NCBI GenBank assembly: GCA_965216875.1
Contig: OZ244207.1
Location: forward strand, 2,080,001 to 2,144,000
Origin: Rubripirellula sp.
Lineage (GTDB): Bacteria > Planctomycetota > Planctomycetia > Pirellulales > Pirellulaceae
Direction of reading: 5' to 3'
DNA: 64,000 bases
The notes beneath the pieces are model-generated. The model was not told where the DNA came from, searched no databases, and saw only the letters and a list, made by a program, of their open reading frames with translations. Numbering within the stretch: the first letter of the stretch is position 1; the number at the start of each line of letters is the position of its first letter. The position numbers and the translations under genes were made by a program. Of this stretch, positions 61,980 to 64,000 are shown piece after piece.

Positions 61980-64000
61980 TCAGGATGCGAGTGGGGCACG
62001 CGCATTTCCGTTGCGTTGCGAGACGGCAGAAGTATCCATCAACGCCTTCAGCTTTGCCGCGAGGGTCGAAACATGCGGTTGCTGCATCATGTTCAAGTGG
62101 CCGCCTGGGACTTCATGCAGCTCGATCGTTTCGCAAGATCGTTTCCAATCCTGGAACGGACTGTATTTGGTCTTGCCGATCTTTTGCTCGGCGACCAGCA
62201 AGTTCATCTGAGTTTGGATCGGCTTCGGTCGGTAGTCGACAGCCGCACGCATCGTCGACGCAAAAAGCCCCAACACGCGTTCGGTGTGTTCGCGGCTAGC
62301 GCCCTTGGTGATCAACATTGCGTCGGTCGCGCCTTTGCGAAACTCTTCGTAGTATTGATCTGCGTGTGATTCGTTGATTCGCGTCAACGCGAGGTTCGAG
62401 TTTGGAAAGACCTCGCGAAGCACGGCGATCGAATAGATCGGGCTGCCATCGATGACTGCGAGCAAGGCGACCTCGTCGCCAGAGCGTTCAAGCTGCGAAG
62501 CGATTTCATAGCTCACAATTGCGCCGAAGGACCAACCGGCGACCTGATAAGGGCCCTGTGGTTGGACCGTTTTCATTAGCCGGATGTACTCGCTTGCCAT
62601 TTCGACGACGCTGTCGAGTGGTGTCTCGTTTGGCTCGACGCCGGGTGCGCGAATCCCGTAAAGCGGTTGGTCACTGCCAAGTTCATCGGCAAGGGGCAGG
62701 TAGCAGACGACATTGCCGCCACCGGGATGGATGCAGAAGAGTGGTGTTCGATTACCGTTCGGCTGAATCGGAACGAGGCACGAGGTCTGTTCGGCCGCGC
62801 CACTGTCGACCAGTTTCGACAGCAGTCGCACCGTCGACGCCGCCAACAACTGACTGACTTCAATTTCGACTCCGAAGCGCTTCTTGACTCCGGTTGTCAG
62901 TTCCATCGCTTGCAACGAATCACCGCCTAGACTGAAGAAGGTTTCGTCGAGACCAACCCGCGGTTGATCCAGGATCTGACGAAACAGGGCAGCAACTTGG
63001 CTTTGAGTTTCCGTTTGGTAGACCTGATTGAACGCGGCGGGCGCGGCGTCGAAACGCTTGGTAGCCGGCTCGGTGATGCGTTCCGCAGAAAGAAGTTTGC
63101 GGTCGATCTTGCCGTTGAGCGTTCGGGGAATCGATTCTCTGGCGACGATCGTATGCGGAATCATGTACGGAGGCAGGCTCTCTGCCGCAAAGGCGCGGAG
63201 CTCGTCTTGCGCAGGGACTTTTCCGTTCGCGGGCACGACGAATCCGACGAGAGAGCGTTTGGTACTCGTGTCGTCGCGGACCACCACAACCGCCTCTTTC
63301 ACCAAGGGATGGCCGCCGATCACGTTCTCGACTTCCTCGACCTCGATGCGATGGCCACGGATCTTGACCTGCCCGTCGCGGCGGCCGAGAAAAATCAAAC
63401 TGCCATCGGGCAAGCGACGAGCGTAATCGCCCGTCCGGTACATCCGGCTCGGGCCTTCGCTGAAGGGGTCGTCGACAAATCGTTCGGCCGTCAACTGTGG
63501 CGCTGCGATGTAGCCCGCAGCGACGCCTGGGCCAGAGACGTAGATTTCACCTTCGTCTCCGTTGTGGACGGGCGAACCATCTTCTTGCAAAACGTGAATC
63601 GTTGCGCCGGGAATCGCTTTTCCGATCGGCACGCTCGCATGCTTGTCTTGCGCGAGCACACGGTGGACGGTACACCAGACCGATCCTTCGGTTGGACCGT
63701 ACTCGTTGTGCAACTGAGTTGTTGGGCAAAGTGAATGGTGTTTGCTCGCCAGACTCGATGTGCACGCTTCACCTGCAACCACCACCGTCTTGAGCGATTC
63801 AAGCTCGCTTGCATGATCGTCATCAAGCAGCAAATTCCAAAGCGATGGAATGCAAAGCAGGTGGCTCACCTTCTCGTCGCGAATCATCCGCCGAAGTGCG
63901 TGGATGTCCTGCCTCGCCTGAGCGTCGGCCAAGCAAAGCGTCCCGCCACAAGTGAGCGTCCAATAGATTCCGGCCACTGAACTATCAAAAGTGAGCGGCG
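61980..64000 (-). CDS. NRPS C-terminal part: adenylation - carrier - thioesterase (5' end outside the window)
   Basis: FDSS, NEYGPTE, YRTGD, QVKIRGHRIE, LPPYMIP, NGKIDR; carrier FFSLGGDSL; TE GWSFG and GGH. Confidence 0.93.
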   Translation of the reverse strand, partial: PLTFDSSVAGIYWTLTCGGTLCLADAQARQDIHALRRMIRDEKVSHLLCIPSLWNLLLDDDHASELESLKTVVVAGEACTSSLASKHHSLCPTTQLHNEYGPTEGSVWCTVHRVLAQDKHASVPIGKAIPGATIHVLQEDGSPVHNGDEGEIYVSGPGVAAGYIAAPQLTAERFVDDPFSEGPSRMYRTGDYARRLPDGSLIFLGRRDGQVKIRGHRIEVEEVENVIGGHPLVKEAVVVVRDDTSTKRSLVGFVVPANGKVPAQDELRAFAAESLPPYMIPHTIVARESIPRTLNGKIDRKLLSAERITEPATKRFDAAPAAFNQVYQTETQSQVAALFRQILDQPRVGLDETFFSLGGDSLQAMELTTGVKKRFGVEIEVSQLLAASTVRLLSKLVDSGAAEQTSCLVPIQPNGNRTPLFCIHPGGGNVVCYLPLADELGSDQPLYGIRAPGVEPNETPLDSVVEMASEYIRLMKTVQPQGPYQVAGWSFGAIVSYEIASQLERSGDEVALLAVIDGSPIYSIAVLREVFPNSNLALTRINESHADQYYEEFRKGATDAMLITKGASREHTERVLGLFASTMRAAVDYRPKPIQTQMNLLVAEQKIGKTKYSPFQDWKRSCETIELHEVPGGHLNMMQQPHVSTLAAKLKALMDTSAVSQRNGNARAPLAS

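Overview
High-GC bacterial chromosomal window. Gene content points to a planctomycete, probably Pirellulaceae: DUF1501 + DUF1549/DUF1553 pair, double-length UvrA, BlaI/M56 pair, many REP-like palindromes. About 37 CDS; I could recognise no rRNA, tRNA, CRISPR array, transposase or prophage. Blocks in order: (1) DUF1501/DUF1553 pair; (2) beta-barrel-like protein, helical/TPR-like protein and Wza-like exporter; (3) giant membrane patatin-like lipase; (4) a tight 7-gene operon: 2-hydroxyacid dehydrogenase, lactate/glycolate permease, alanine/serine-glyoxylate aminotransferase, glcD, glcE, glcF and an RraA/HMG-aldolase-family gene; (5) Gld-like ABC cassette; (6) a 58-aa basic protein missing from the ORF track, topA and a PpiD-like protein; (7) a quinone reductase between direct composite repeats; (8) S1-domain protein, uvrA, PAS Ser/Thr kinase, ECF sigma and anti-sigma; (9) ychF, RNase HII-like, HD-GYP and a degenerate site-2 protease; (10) BlaI/BlaR-like pair with a visible operator, followed by a 3-unit nested tandem repeat; (11) orphan response regulator, sulfotransferase and the 3' end of an NRPS (A-T-TE). 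Best candidates for an undescribed system are the glycolate/2-hydroxyacid operon, which has no malate synthase or carboligase but carries an RraA-type aldolase, and the NRPS + sulfotransferase cluster. All family assignments come from reading motifs by eye, not from database searches.
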